DNA of 64,000 bases, taken from contig NC_086124.1 in NCBI RefSeq assembly GCF_963921235.1, forward strand, positions 27,838,001-27,902,000. Direction: 5' to 3'. Positions 50,009 through 62,560 of the stretch are shown here, one piece after another (position 1 is the first letter of the stretch; the number at the start of each line of letters is the position of its first letter). The DNA comes from Mobula hypostoma. Its lineage: Eukaryota. The notes beneath the pieces are model-generated. The model made no database searches and was not told where the DNA came from. It saw only the letters and a program-made list of their open reading frames with translations. Both the position numbers and the translations under genes were made by a program.

Positions 50009-50216
50009 AAACAACAGGAATTCTGCAGATGCTGGAAATTCAAGCAACACAATTCAAAGTTGCTGGTGAACGCAGCAGGCCAGGCAGCATCTCTAGGAAG
50101 AGGTACGGTCGACATTTCAGGCCGAGACCCTTCGTCTCGGCCTGAAACATCGACTATACCTCTTCTTAGAGATGCTGCCTGGCTTGCTGCGTTCACCAGC
50201 AACTTTGATGTGTGTT
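50009..50216. mobile_element. 208-bp Penelope-derived hairpin insertion
   Basis: About 80-bp inverted arms around a 5-nt loop (50129-50133); 13-bp TSD ACGGTAACAAGCC (49996-50008, 50217-50229). Confidence 0.88.
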
Positions 50217-50511
50217 ACGGTAACAAGCCCTTCAGGTCTAAAGAGCCTGCACCACCCAATTACACCCATGTCAGCAATTAACCTTCTTCAGCCAGAGAGT
50301 GGTGAATCTGTGTAATTCATTGCCATAGACCGCCGTGGAGGACAAGCCATTGGGTATAGTTAAAGCGGAGGTTGAAAGGTTCTTGATTAGAAAGGGCTTC
50401 AAAGGTGATGGGGAGAAGGCAGGAGAATGGGGAGAGGGCTAATAAACCAGTCATAATGGAATGACAGAGCAGATTCGATGGGCTGTTTTCTGCTCTGATG
50501 TCTTATAGGCG

Positions 50512-51131
50512 GGAGGAGAAGATGGCAGCGCGCGCAGCTCTCCGGTGAAATGATATCGTATCTGTAAGTAGGATGCCGTGCACAATTCTGATTTGATGCA
50601 GACAGACGTGAGAAGCAGAGGAACATCTGGAGAAATTTCTGAAATGTCCGGTTCACTGCCGCTGCTACTGTGCGATCAAGAATCTCCGGAGGGAAGGCCC
50701 CAAAATCCTCAGCTTCTCCCACTGCTGGCGGCCGGGGCTGGGGTTGAAGCGTTCGGATAGAGATGGTGCTTGGTACTCGGTGTCGGAGGGCTGATCAGAG
50801 CTTGAAGTTTTCGGACGGACTCAGAGTCAGACTGTGGTCGGGCATGGCAGGGAGAGTTTTCTTCCTTCTCCCGTCTGCGTGAGATGTGGGACATTTGAGA
50901 GACTTTGAACTTTTTTACCGTGCCCATGGCCTGTTCTTCATTAAGTTATGGTATTGTTGCACTGTTGTAACTATATGTTATAATTATGTGGTTTTTAATT
51001 AGTTTTTCAGTCTTGGTCTGTCCTGTGTTTCTGTGATATCACACCGGAGGAATATTGTATCATTTCTTAATGCATACATTACTAAATGACAATAAAAGAG
51101 GACTGCGTGTCCTCATAATCTAATAATCTAA
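50512..51131 (+). mobile_element. Non-autonomous LINE-derived retroposon
   Basis: GAAGATGGCAGCG 5' start, residual CpGs, AATAAA followed by an (ataatcta)n-like tail; no ORF of note. Confidence 0.45.
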
Positions 51132-52524
51132 TTTGGAATGTGGGAGGAAACCCACACGATCAGGAGCAGACCATACACTATTCCTTACAGGCAGTAGTGG
51201 GATTGAACCCGGGTTGCTGGTTATGCCACTGTGCTACCCATTCTTAAGTCTGTGCGTGCGCGAGTGATTAACATACTAAAGCAACTGTGGGCTGCCCACA
51301 GGTGACTGAAATGAAAGGGGCAAGTGATTAATTCAAGGAAGGCCCTGTGCAGACTGCAACGCTTGTTAATGGCGATATGTATCTTGTGCTGAAGAAGGTA
51401 TTACCTGGGTGTGTAACAGAGGCACTTGCATTTGAACATATGAAGCCTTGAATCCAGTTCATCCCACGTTGAGAGCCACAACCATGGTGAGCTGGAGAGA
51501 AATAATCAATGCTATTATGGGTTTACTGAGTATGCCCACAAAAAATTGAATCTCAGCGTTGGTTATGGTGACATATACGGTATGTACTTTGATGATAAAT
51601 TCACTTTGAACTTTGATAAGCATTGTGAAGTCACTGAGGTGCCTGCAAGGGAACACTGCTGAGGGGCACAAGGCAGTACGGGAAAAGACTGCAATCTAAA
51701 GTCCGCTGGAATGGGACACTTTGAAAGCACTAAGACATGGCCCAGCAAGGTAGTGAAAGAGGGAAGTTCATCACAAACGGTAACTGTTGGCCTTACCATT
51801 GACACACAGATTCTCAAAAAATGAATTAAACACAACACTTGTGGTTAAATTAAAGGTGTTGATGAATTGGCAGATAGGAGCAAGATTAAAAATCTCGTTG
51901 ATTGCTGCCATACCAACAACCTCCCATTCAAATTCAGCAAAATCAAAAAACTGATTACTGACTACAGGAGGAGGAAATCAGAGGTCCATGAGCCTGTCCT
52001 CATTGGAGGATCAGTAGTGAAGAGGGTCAGTAACTTTTCAATTCCTTCACATTGCCTTATCAGAGGATCTGTGTTGGAACCAGCACATTGCGTTGTCACA
52101 AAGAAAGGACTGCAGCATCTCTAATTTCTTAGAAGTTTATACAGATTTGGTACGTCATCAAAAAATTTGACAAACCTCTATAGAAATGGAAAAGTCGACA
52201 GAAAGTGGTGGACACAGCCCAGTCCATCACAGGTAAAGCCCTCCCCACCACTGAGAACATTTATAAGGAGTACTGTTGTTGGCCATGAAGGAATTAAATT
52301 ATGGAATAAAACATTGAATTTGAATGGGTCAGGGACAGTGGAAGTAGATAAACCAATTGTCTGTTCTTGCCATGTGCTTGAAGGAATAGAGGTTACCATT
52401 TTGTGAAGCTCCTCTGTAACCTCCATTTTGTGAACTGTTTGATGAACTGATTCTTTCTGTGAGATAACTTAATCAGAGCAATTGAATGTGGACACAAGAA
52501 TTTTCTGCTATTGAACTGAGATCA

Positions 52525-53035
52525 TACATAGACTATGTATTGTGTACAATGGCATGCTTGCAGAAGTAATCTCAGAGGAGATTTATAAGGATGTTGCCTG
52601 GATTGGGAGCATGCTTTATGAGAATAGGTTGAGTGAACTCGGCCTTTTTTCCTTGGAGCGACGGAGGATGAGAGGTGACCTGATAGAGGTGTATAAGATG
52701 ATGAGAGGCATTGATCGTGTGGATAGTCAGAGGCTTTTCCCAGGGCTGGAATGGCTAGCACAACAGGGCACAGTTTTAAGCTGCTTGGAAGTAGGTATAG
52801 AGGAGATGTAAGGGGTATGTTTTTTTTTATGCAGTGAGTGGTGAGTGCATGGAATGAGCTGCCAGTGACGGTGGTGGAGGCAGATATGATAGGGTCTTTT
52901 AAGAGACTCTTGAATAGGTACATGGAGCTTAGAAAAATAGAGGGCAATGGGTAACCCTAGGTAATTTTGAAGGTAAGGACATGTTTGGCACAGCTATGTG
53001 GGCTAAGGGCCTGTATTGTGCTGTAGGTTTTCTGT
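52525..53035 (+). mobile_element. CR1 3' fragment, same subfamily as about 700-1150
   Basis: GSMLYENRLSELGLFSLE shared with ORF 435-770. Confidence 0.88.
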
Positions 53036-53231
53036 TTTTAATCTTGGCCCAGTTTCTGGGTGACCTGGTTTGAACCAGCGTTGATGAAAACTAAGGAAGT
53101 TACCTAAGGCATGATGTTGTGTAGCCCTTGTACTACATCCAATGGGAATCAGTTATAGGGCAGTCAGAAGACCTTGAGCCAACAAGATAGAAGTGCATTA
53201 TTTGAACTGACAAGGAAGACAATAAGACTTA

Positions 53232-56200
53232 CAGTGGCATGCAAAAGTTTTAGAACATATAGAACATAGAACATAGAATAGTACAGCACATTACAGGCCC
53301 TTCGGCCCACAATGTTGTGCCGATCCTCAAACCCCGCCTCCCATATAACCCCGCACCTTAAATTCCTCCTTATACCTGTCTAGTGGTTTTGGCACCCCTG
53401 GTCAAAATTTCTGTTACTGTGAATAGTTAAGTAAGTAGAAGATGAACTGATCTCCGAAAGTCATAAAGTTAAAAATGAAACATTATTTTCAATATTTTAA
53501 ACAAGATTAGTGTATTATTTTTGTTTTGTACAATTTTTGAGTGAAAAAAAGGAAAAGAGCAGCATGCAAACGTTTGGGCGCCCCAAGAGATGTGAGGTCT
53601 CAGATAACTTTTATCAAGGTTTCAGACCTTAATTAGCTTGTTAGGGCTATGGCTTGTTCACAGTCATCGTTAGGAAAGACCAGGTGATGCAAATTTCAAA
53701 GCTTTATGAATACCCTGACTCCTCAAACTTTGTCCCAACAAACAGCAGCCATGGGCTCCTCTAAGCAGCTGCCTAGCACTCTGAAAATTATAGTAATTGA
53801 TGTCCACAAAACAGGAGAAGGCTATAAGAAGATAGCAAAGCGTTTTCAGGTAGCCGTTTCCTCAGTTCGTAATATAATTAAAAAATGGCAGTTAACAGGA
53901 ATGGTGGTGTTCAAGTTGAGGTCTGGAAGACCAAGAAAACTTTCTGAGAGAACTGCTCGCAGGATTGCTAGAAAGGCAAATCAAAACATCTGTTTGACTG
54001 CAAAAGACCTTCAGGAAGATTTAGCAGACTCTGGAGTGGTGGTGCACTGTTCTACTGTGCAGCGACACCTGCACAAAAATTACCTGCATGAAAGAGTCAT
54101 CAGAAGAAAACCTTTCCTGCATCCTCACCACAAAATTCAGCAACAGAAGTTTGCCAAGGAACATTGAAACAAGCCTGATGCATTTTGGAAACAAGTCCTG
54201 TGGACTGATGAAGTTAAAATAGAATTTTTTGGCCGCAATGAGCAAAGGTATGTCTAGAGAAAAAAAGGTGCAGAATTTAATGAAAAGAACACCTCTCCAA
54301 CTGTTAAGCACGGGGGTGGATCGATCATGCTTTGGGCTTGTGTTACAGCCAGTGACACGGGGAACATTTCACTGGTAGAGGGAAGAATGTATTCAATTAA
54401 ATACCAGCAAATTCTGGAAGCAACCATCACACCATCTGTAAAAAAGCTGAAGACGAAAAGAGGATGACTTCTACAACAGGATAATGATCCTAAACACATC
54501 TCAGAATCCACAATGGACTACCTCAAGAGACGCAAGCTGAAGGTTTTGCCATGGCCCTCGCAGTCCCCCGACCTAAACATCATTGAGAATCTGTGGATAG
54601 ACCTCAAAGAGCAGTGCATGCAAGATGGCTCAAGAATCTCACAGAACTGGAAGCCTTTTGCAAGGAGGAATGGGTGAAAATCCCTCAAACAAGAATTGAA
54701 AGACTCTTAGCTGGCTACAGAAAGCATTTACAACCTGTGATACTTGCCAAAGGGGGTGTGACTAAATACTGACCAGGCAGGGTGCCCAAACTTTTGCTTT
54801 AGGTCCTTTTCCTTTTTTTGTTATTTTGAAACTGTTAAAGATGGAAATAAAAAAAGTAATCTTGCTTAAAATGTGAAAGAATTGTGTCATCTTTAACTTT
54901 ATGCCTTTTGGAAATCAAGTTGGAGAGGTGTTCTTCTCATGAAATTCTGCACCCTTTTTTCTCCAAACATACCTTTGCTCATTGTGGCCAAAAAGTTCTA
55001 TTTTAACTTCATTAGTTCACAGGACTTGTTTCCATAATGCATCAGGCTTGTTTCGATGTTCCTTTCCAAACTTCTAATGCTGAATTTTGTGGTGAGGATG
55101 CAGGAAAGGTTTTCTTCTGATGACTTCCATGAAGGTCATATTTGTGCAGGCGACGATGCACAGTACAACAGTGCACCACCACTCCAGAGTCTGCTAAATC
55201 TTCCTGAAGGTCTTTTGCAGTCAAACAGGGGTCTTGATTTGCCTTTCTAGCAATCCTACGAGCAGTTCTCTTAGAAAGTTTTCTTGGTCTTCCAGACCTC
55301 AGCTTAACTTCCACCATTTCTGTTTACTGCCATTTCTTAACTACATTACAAACTGAGGAAACGGCTACCTGAAAACGCTTTGCTATCTTTTTATAGCCGT
55401 CTCCTGCTTTGTGGACATCAATCATTTTAATTTTCACAGTGCTAGGCGGCTTCTTAGAGGAGCCCATGGCTGCTGATTGTTGGGACAAGATTCTTCTTCT
55501 TCTTCTATTTCCGGCTGTTTAGACGCATCTAGGCATATTACAGCCCTCTGCAGGATGTATAATTAATTATAGAACTTCAAGGAACTCAAATTCTCGAATA
55601 CAACCTAGTCTCATGAATAAACTGAATAATAGAGTCTTCAATCAGATGTTGATTCTCTTGATGGCCAAGCGAAGATTTAACAGAAAACCAAAATAAATTT
55701 AAGCCAGATAACCTCTTGAACAACATGCTTCTTTCAATTTTGTATCAATTACAGCTCAGCAAAATATACTGGACTGTCTCTGGACTACCACAATCACATA
55801 ATCCAGTAGGATGTTTTCCTATTATCTTTAAATAATAATTTAGCCCACAATGCCCCAACCTAAGTCTTGTTAATTTCACCATATCTCTACGACTTAAAAG
55901 GTAACAGTCTAAGTCCTTTTTAACTAGTGGGTGACTAGAAAAGTAATGCCTGCCCCTTAATTTGTTTTTCCAATCCTCCTGCCACTTCTTCTCTATACCT
56001 TTTTAAATCCCACTTCTCAATTCTGCTCTGCCTAGGGGAACTCTAATTTCTACTTGCCTGCTCTGTAAGGAAGACTTTGCAATGCCATCCACAATTTCAT
56101 TTCCCTCCACCCCAGCATGCCCAGGTATCCAAGAAAATCTAACTGCACAACCCATCTTCCCTACTCTAAACAGCACTAAGAGAATCTCAATAATTATCTC

Positions 56201-57394
56201 AGGATGAGCTTTTGATTTACTCCCTTTTATAGACTTGAAGGCAGCAGCAGAATCCGAACAGATGATAACCCTGCATGGTCGAGAGTCTTCTATCCACAAT
56301 AAGGCCCAGAGGATTGCTAATAATTTTGTAGCAAAGACAGAAACACCATCTGAAACCCGGTGACCAATCTTAACTCCAAGTTGAGACACATACATCTCAA
56401 ATCCTGCCCTACTGCTCTCTGGGTCCACTGAGCCATCAGTAAAAATCTTCAGATAAGATCCCCACTTATTATTTAAATATTCATTTGTGATCAACGCTGA
56501 TGAAATTGCACTGCTTCTTGAAGCTGAAAAGGGAGGATTATGTCTACTTCTGGTTCTGGAAAGAGCCAAAAAAGGATAGGTGGTAAGCAAACTTGGTCAA
56601 CTATGTCTTCCTCAGTCAGTTTCAATTTCACAGCCCAGTTAGTAACCAAATCTAAAAATGGTTATCTTTTACTTTTACTTTGGCGCTCTGACTTCCCCTG
56701 CAAAAGACACTTTGATGGACAGCAGTGATTGAATCCATTTAGTTTTACCCAATACTTCGGGCCCAACTGAATTTGTCTTAAATGCACAGGCAGTTCTCCC
56801 ATCTCCATACATAATGCTGGGACTGATGTTGTTCTAAAAGCTCCACAACAGAGTCTAAGTGCTTTGGACTGCACACCGTCTAGTTTTCGAAGCACTGCCA
56901 TAGCAGCGGGAACCATATGCAATACAACCATAATCTATAACTGATCTAATCATAGCTAGATACATTAAGTACATAGTTTCCCGCCCTGCTCTACAGTCGC
57001 ATCCAGCAATACTTCTCATAACATTTAAAACTTCCTCACACTTTTTGGAACAAGTTTGAGGAGTCAGGGTATTTATAAAACTTTGAAATTTGCATCACCT
57101 GGCCTTACCTAACGATGATTGTGAACAAGCTAATTAAGGTCTGAGACCTTGGTAAAAGTTATCTGAGAGCTCAAATCTCTTGGGGTGCCCAAACTTTTGC
57201 GTGGTGCTCCTTTCCTCTTTTTCACTCTAAAATTGTACAAAACAAAAATAATACGCTGATCTTGCTTAAAATGTTGAAAAGAATGTTTCATTTTTAACTT
57301 TATGACTTTTGGAGATTAGTTCATCTTCTACTCACTTAACTACTCACAGTAACAGAAATTTTGACCGGGGTGCCCAAACTTTTGCATGCCACTG
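53232..57394. mobile_element. Tc1 complex: a full + copy (transposase about 53748-54770) joined to an inverted partial copy, bounded by TA-flanked TIRs
   Basis: TA|CAGTGGCATGCAAAAGTTT at 53232 and AAACTTTTGCATGCCACTG|TA at 57394; [32 protein letters not shown] motifs; 54918 onward mirrors 54302 back to 53232. Confidence 0.88.
55490..57044 (-). mobile_element. Nimb/I-clade LINE 3' part with RNase H, inserted in the Tc1 arm
   Basis: ORF 56003-56590 KIFTDGS..CSDS..WIPGHAGVEGNEIVD; (AAG)n tail; near-TSD TTGGGACAAG / TTGGAACAAG. Confidence 0.8.
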
Positions 57395-57837
57395 TATGTT
57401 TTTATTTGCACAATTAGTCTTCTTTGGCACATTGGTTGTTGATTAGTTTTTGATTATGTATAGTCTTCATAAATTTGATTGTAATTATTTTCCAGTAAAT
57501 GCCCGGAAGAAGATGAATCTCAAGGCAATATTTGGTGGCATATATGTACTTGGATGCTATATTTAAATCACAAGGCATAGAAGCAGAATTAGGGCATTTG
57601 GCCTATTGAGTCTGTGCTGGCCATTTCATTGCAGCTGGTTTATTATTCATCTCAAACCCATTCTCCTGCCTTCTCCCCATGATCGTTGATGCCCTTACTA
57701 AACTTTAATTTTAACAAGTTGTAATACAAATCACAAATTTACTCTGACTTTGGTGGTTACACCACTCAGAAGAGGCCACATGTAAATAGTATGCACAGCA
57801 TGGAAGACACAATCAAGATGCTGCTTTGATGACACAA

Positions 57838-57881
57838 TCAATCTAGAAAGGGGCATCTACCAAGTATATCGTATTTCCTGC
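57838..57881 (-). CDS. Candidate terminal cytoplasmic-tail exon of the convergent chain, (G)RKYDILGRCPFLD*
   Basis: Acceptor ttttattcattcaaattatag|, phase compatible with the 60720 donor, lies in non-repeat sequence, ATTAAA about 130 nt past the stop (57704-57709, minus). Confidence 0.4.
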
Positions 57882-58003
57882 CTATAATTTGAATGAATAA
57901 AAGTATGTTTTAGAAACAAAGAAAAGTACAGCTCAGAACCAGGCCATTCCGCCCACATTTGTACTAGCCACGATACCAAATTACACGATCTCCTTTTAGT
58001 CTT

Positions 58004-59250
58004 CACTCAGTGGCCACTTTATTAGGTATTTGCTTGTTAATGCAAATATCTAATCAGCCAATCATGTGGCAACTCAATGCATAAAAGCATGCAGACGTGG
58101 TCAAGAGGTTCAGTTGTTGTTCAGTCCAAACATCAGAATGGGGAAGAAATATGATCCAAGTAACTTTGACCACAGACCAGGCAGGGTGGTTTGAATAGCT
58201 TAGTAACTGCTGATCTCCTGGGATTTTCACGGGCAACAGTCCCTAGAGTTTATAGAGAACAAAAAAAACATCCATGGAGCAGTTCTGATGGGCTGAGTGG
58301 ACTAATTGTACTCCGATGTCTTACGTCCTATCTCTGAAGATTAAAATTCTTTAATCCACAGCTTTGGGACCTGAGTGGTGCTGACTACACAAAATGTCTC
58401 CTTCAGACTTAATGACTGGCCTTGGCCCAAAATGTCAACTGTTTATTCCCCCTCCATAGATGCTGCCTGACCGACCGAATTCTTGCAGCATTGTGTGCAT
58501 GTGTCTGTGTGCGTTGCTCTGGATTTCCACCAACTGCAGAATCTTTTGTGTTTCGAAACCGTCCCCTGGCCGTTTGCCACTGACCAAGAGAACGGTTCTT
58601 TCAGACACTCCCAAGTCATATGAGGCTTCCAAGAACAGTTGGTAACCTGAAGTTTCAGTGAAATGGAAATACTGACGGCCGAAATATCAAAAGTTACATT
58701 GTGAAGTTAATTAGCTACAGGTTAGTGCAGATCAGAAGCAGATTTAATATTAACAGAATTAATAGAAACATCTAATCAGCCAATCATGTGGCAGAAACTC
58801 AATGCATGCAGGCAGTCAAGAGGTACACTTGTTGTTCAGACCGAGCATCAGAGAGGGGAAGAAATGTGATTTAAGTGACTTTGACTGTGGAATGATTGTT
58901 GGTGCCAGATGGGGCGGTTTGATTATCACAGTAACTGCTGATCTCCTGGGATTTTCACATACAACAGTCTCTAGAGTTTACAGACAATGATGCGAGGAAC
59001 AAAAGTGGGGCGGCAGTTCTGAGGGTGAAAACAATTTGTTAATGGGTGGGGTCAGAGGAGAATGGCCAGACTGGTTCAAGCTGACAGGAAGGCGACACTG
59101 ACTCAAATAACTACACGTTATAACTGTGGTGTGCAGAAGAGCATCTCTGAACACACATGTCAAACTTTGAAATTGATGGGCTGCAGCAGCAGACCATGAA
59201 CATAAACGTTATTATGTTCCTCATGCACCCTTAATAAAGTGGCCACTGAG
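58004..59250. mobile_element. Two Tc1-derived MITE copies (family also at about 17580-17795, 19050-19200, 38530-38760, 39150-39450, 62740-62850, 63710-64000)
   Basis: TIR CACTCAGTGGCCACTTTATTAGG and its reverse complement; shared cagccaatcatgtggcagcaactcaatgc body. Confidence 0.75.
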
Positions 59251-60044
59251 GGTATAATGGCTCCACTTCTTGCTTGTTCACTCGTCTGCCAAAATGGTCT
59301 TAAACATTGCTTTCATATCTGGTTCCACCACCTCCCCTGGTACCCCAGGTCCTGACTGCTCTGTGTAGAACAGTTCTCCTCACAGCTCTCCGTTCACTTT
59401 TCCTCTCTCACCAGGAATCTGCACCATCGAACATTTGATAAACACAAGGGGTTCTGCAGATGCTGGAAAATCCAGAGCAACACACAAAATGCTGGATGAA
59501 CTCAGCAGGTGAGGCAGCAACGATAGAGGGGAATAAACAGTCAATGTTTCAGGTCAAGAACCTTCGTCAGGACTGGATTGGAAGGGGACAGAAGTAAGAG
59601 TAAAGCATGAGGAGGGAAAGGAATACATGCTGGCAGATGACGGTGAGTAGCATCGATTTCTCTAACTTCTGGTAATTTCTCTTCCCTTCCCATCTTATCT
59701 TTATCCATTCCCCATTCGGGCTACCCATTACCCCTTCACTTCTCCTTACTGTCCAGCGCCTCCCTATGGTGTCCCTCCACCTTCTGTTTCTCTCAAGGTC
59801 CACTCTCCTCTATCAGATTAGTTGAGTGTGGGGAGCTGATGGGAATGTCTCTAGTGTGTAGGTGTGGGGGTGGGGGGATTGGAGTTTAATTGGAGCTAAT
59901 GGAAATGTTGGAAGAACAAAGTTGGATAAACGTACATGGATATTTGATGGTCAGTGTGAACCAGGGGTCTGTTTCTGTCTTGAACTACTTCTTGTTCTCT
60001 GGCCTGCCCTTATGTTCTACCACTCTTTGTATAGATTTTGGTGT

Positions 60045-60579
60045 GAGGGGTCCCCAACCTTTTTAACACCGTGGACTGGTTTAATATTGACAATATTCTT
60101 GCGGACCAGCCGACAGGTGTTCAAGTAGGGTTGCCAACTTTCTCACTCCCAAATAAGGGACAGAAGTAGCAGTCAAATACAGGACACTTGTGTTTACCCC
60201 GAGAAAGACTACAACTACCATGAAGCCTTGCGCGGGCACCTGTGTGCACATGCGTGTACGTGCAGATTTCTTTTTCTACAAATCGGTTTTGGCTTAACCT
60301 TCCCGATTCTGTTAAGTGAAACTACACTGTACATACATTATTTCTAGTTTATACAGGCTGTGTATTTATCATATCATTCCTGCTTTTACTATGTATTGGT
60401 GTTATTTTAGGTTTTATGTGTTATTTGGTATGATTTGGTAGGTTATTTCAAGTTTAATAGTGCGTGACAGGGAATGAGGAAAGGTGCAGCTGACTCATAT
60501 CGTTTCATATCGCCAAATCATAGGGTTTCCTCGCGGCCCGGTAGCACATGCTTTGCGGCCCCGTGGTTGGGGACCACTG
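60045..60579. mobile_element. hAT-type MITE
   Basis: GAGGGGTCCCCAACC ... GGTTGGGGACCACTG termini; no TSD recognisable. Confidence 0.65.
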
Positions 60580-60719
60580 TTTAACCCATGCTGAATCACT
60601 GGGTCTCAGATGACCAGACTGGGTATTTGGCCAACTGAGTATCTGTGGCTTTTTTTTAATGAAGTGTATGAAGAAAAAGTGTTCCCCGGACTGATGAGTA
60701 CATACAAAAATATTCCTAC

Positions 60720-60821
60720 CTTTCCACCTGATCATTCCTCCGGACACTGCAATCAGTATGCCAATTATTCCAGCAATTATTCCAATCACATATCCATAGA
60801 CTGGATAGGTATTCTTGGGAA
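60720..60821 (-). CDS. CP/TM exon of a second MHC class II-type chain (probably beta/WB), convergent with the alpha gene; upstream exons outside the window
   Basis: Acceptor gttttactgattttcctag|, donor G|GTAGGA, 102 nt, phase 1-1. xPKNTYPVYGYVIGIIAGIIGILIAVSGGMIRWK-G: Gly-spaced TM helix ending ...K G| like class II beta TM exons, with no stop in the exon. Confidence 0.65.
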
Positions 60822-60949
60822 CTAGGAAAATCAGTAAAACTGGGGTCAGAAGATATTACAGCAGAGAGCAGTTTGGCCGCAGTTGTTCGCACTTCATCGT
60901 CTTCACCAGACTTCTCTAGTCTTGGTCCAATACAACAGCAGAGAATGGC

Positions 60950-62560
60950 CCCTTATTGAAGAAGGATGTGCTGGGTTTGAACCCAGGTCACTGGCAGTTA
61001 AAGTGTTATGTTACCTGCCAGTTAGACTGCTGGAATGTGCCGGTTGTCTTATGAGAAAGGGTCAGACAGGCTGGGCTTGTATCCACTGAGGATAGAAGTG
61101 TGCTAATTGGCTTATTATGATACACCGAGGTAAAAAAGTATTTGTGAGCATGATATCCAAACCATCATTCCATATATACAAGGTAGTACAAAAGCAAGTA
61201 CTTGGGAGAACTCGTGGAGGGTTCCCTAAATGTTAATTTGTCAGTTGAATCAATGGTAAGGGAGGCAAATACAATGTCAGCATTCTTTTCCTATGGACTC
61301 GAATATGAAAGCAGGAATCTATTGCCGGGCCTCATTAGGCATCGGTCAAATCCGCACTTGTAGTATTACGAGCAGTTTCATCTGGGAATGGATGTGCTTG
61401 CATTGGCGAGGGTCCAGAGGAGGTTCACGGTAAATTATCCTGGGAATGAATGGGTTAACATGCAGGGAACATTTCACAGGTGAAGGGCAAGTAGCGTCAA
61501 GGAAGCAGGGTGTCTGTAGAAGGACTTAGATTGGGAGAATTGGCAAAGAAGTAGCAGATGGAACACAGTGTCGGGAAGTGTATTTGGCAGAAGGAATAAA
61601 GGTGTAGACTATTTTTCTGAATGGGAGGAAATTCAGAACTCTGAGGGGCAAAGGGACTTGGGAGTACTTATGCAGGACTTCCTAAATGTTAATTTGCAGT
61701 TTGAGTTGGTACTGAGGAAGGCAAATGCAATGTGAGCATTTGTTTTGAGAGGACTAGAACATTAAAACAAGGACATGATACTGAGACCTCACTTTAAGTA
61801 TTATGAGCAGTTTTGGGCCTCTTATCTCAGAAAGGATGTACCGGAATTAGAGAGGGCCCAGAGGAGGTTCATGAGAATGATCCCAGGAAGGAAAGTACGA
61901 ACCAAGAGAAAACACAAATCCGAGGTGCAAAGGGAATTGGAGGTCCTCGAACAGGATTCCCTAAAGGTTAATTTGCAGGTGGAGTCAGGAGTAAGGAAGG
62001 CAAGTGCAGTGTTACCAATCTTTTATGCTGAGGCTTCATAAGAGATTGGTCTGATGTAGTTTGAGTACCGGAGAGGGTCTGAATGAGATTAACCAGAATG
62101 ATCCTGACAATGCACGGGTTAACATATGATGAGAATTTGATGGCTCTGGGCCGGTACTTGGTGGAGTTTAGACGAATGATGGGGGTGGGGGGGGTGGGGG
62201 TGTAAATCTCATTCAATCCTATCAAATACTGAAAAGCCTAGACAGAGTGGACGTGGAGAGGATGTTTCCTCTCGTGGGGGAGTCGAGCACCAGAGGACAC
62301 AGCCTCAGAATAGGAGGACATCCCTTTAGAACAGAGATGAGAAGGAACTTCTTTAGGTAAGTCCCTGAATTCATTGCCACAGACTGCTCTGGAGGCCACG
62401 TCACTGGGTAGATTTAAAGATGAAGTTGAAAGCTTCTTCATCATTAAGGGTGTCAAAGGTTACGGGGAGAAGGCAGAAATACGGGGTTGAGTGGATAATA
62501 AATTAGCCATGAAATGCCAAAGCAGACTCAATAGGCCAAATGGACAAATTCTGCTCCTAT
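60950..62560 (+). mobile_element. Stack of old CR1 3' fragments
   Basis: Repeated RPHFKYYEQFW / LERAQRRFMRMIPG-type remnants. Confidence 0.7.

Noticed and set aside
58581-58646. Extra cytoplasmic exon (GYQLFLEASYDLG...) of the convergent gene
   Set aside because: Acceptor is plausible, but the best donor gives 62 nt (frame-breaking) and the in-frame donor is weak.
60610-60825. Plus-strand 71-aa ORF
   Set aside because: Antisense shadow of the TM exon; no recognisable motif.
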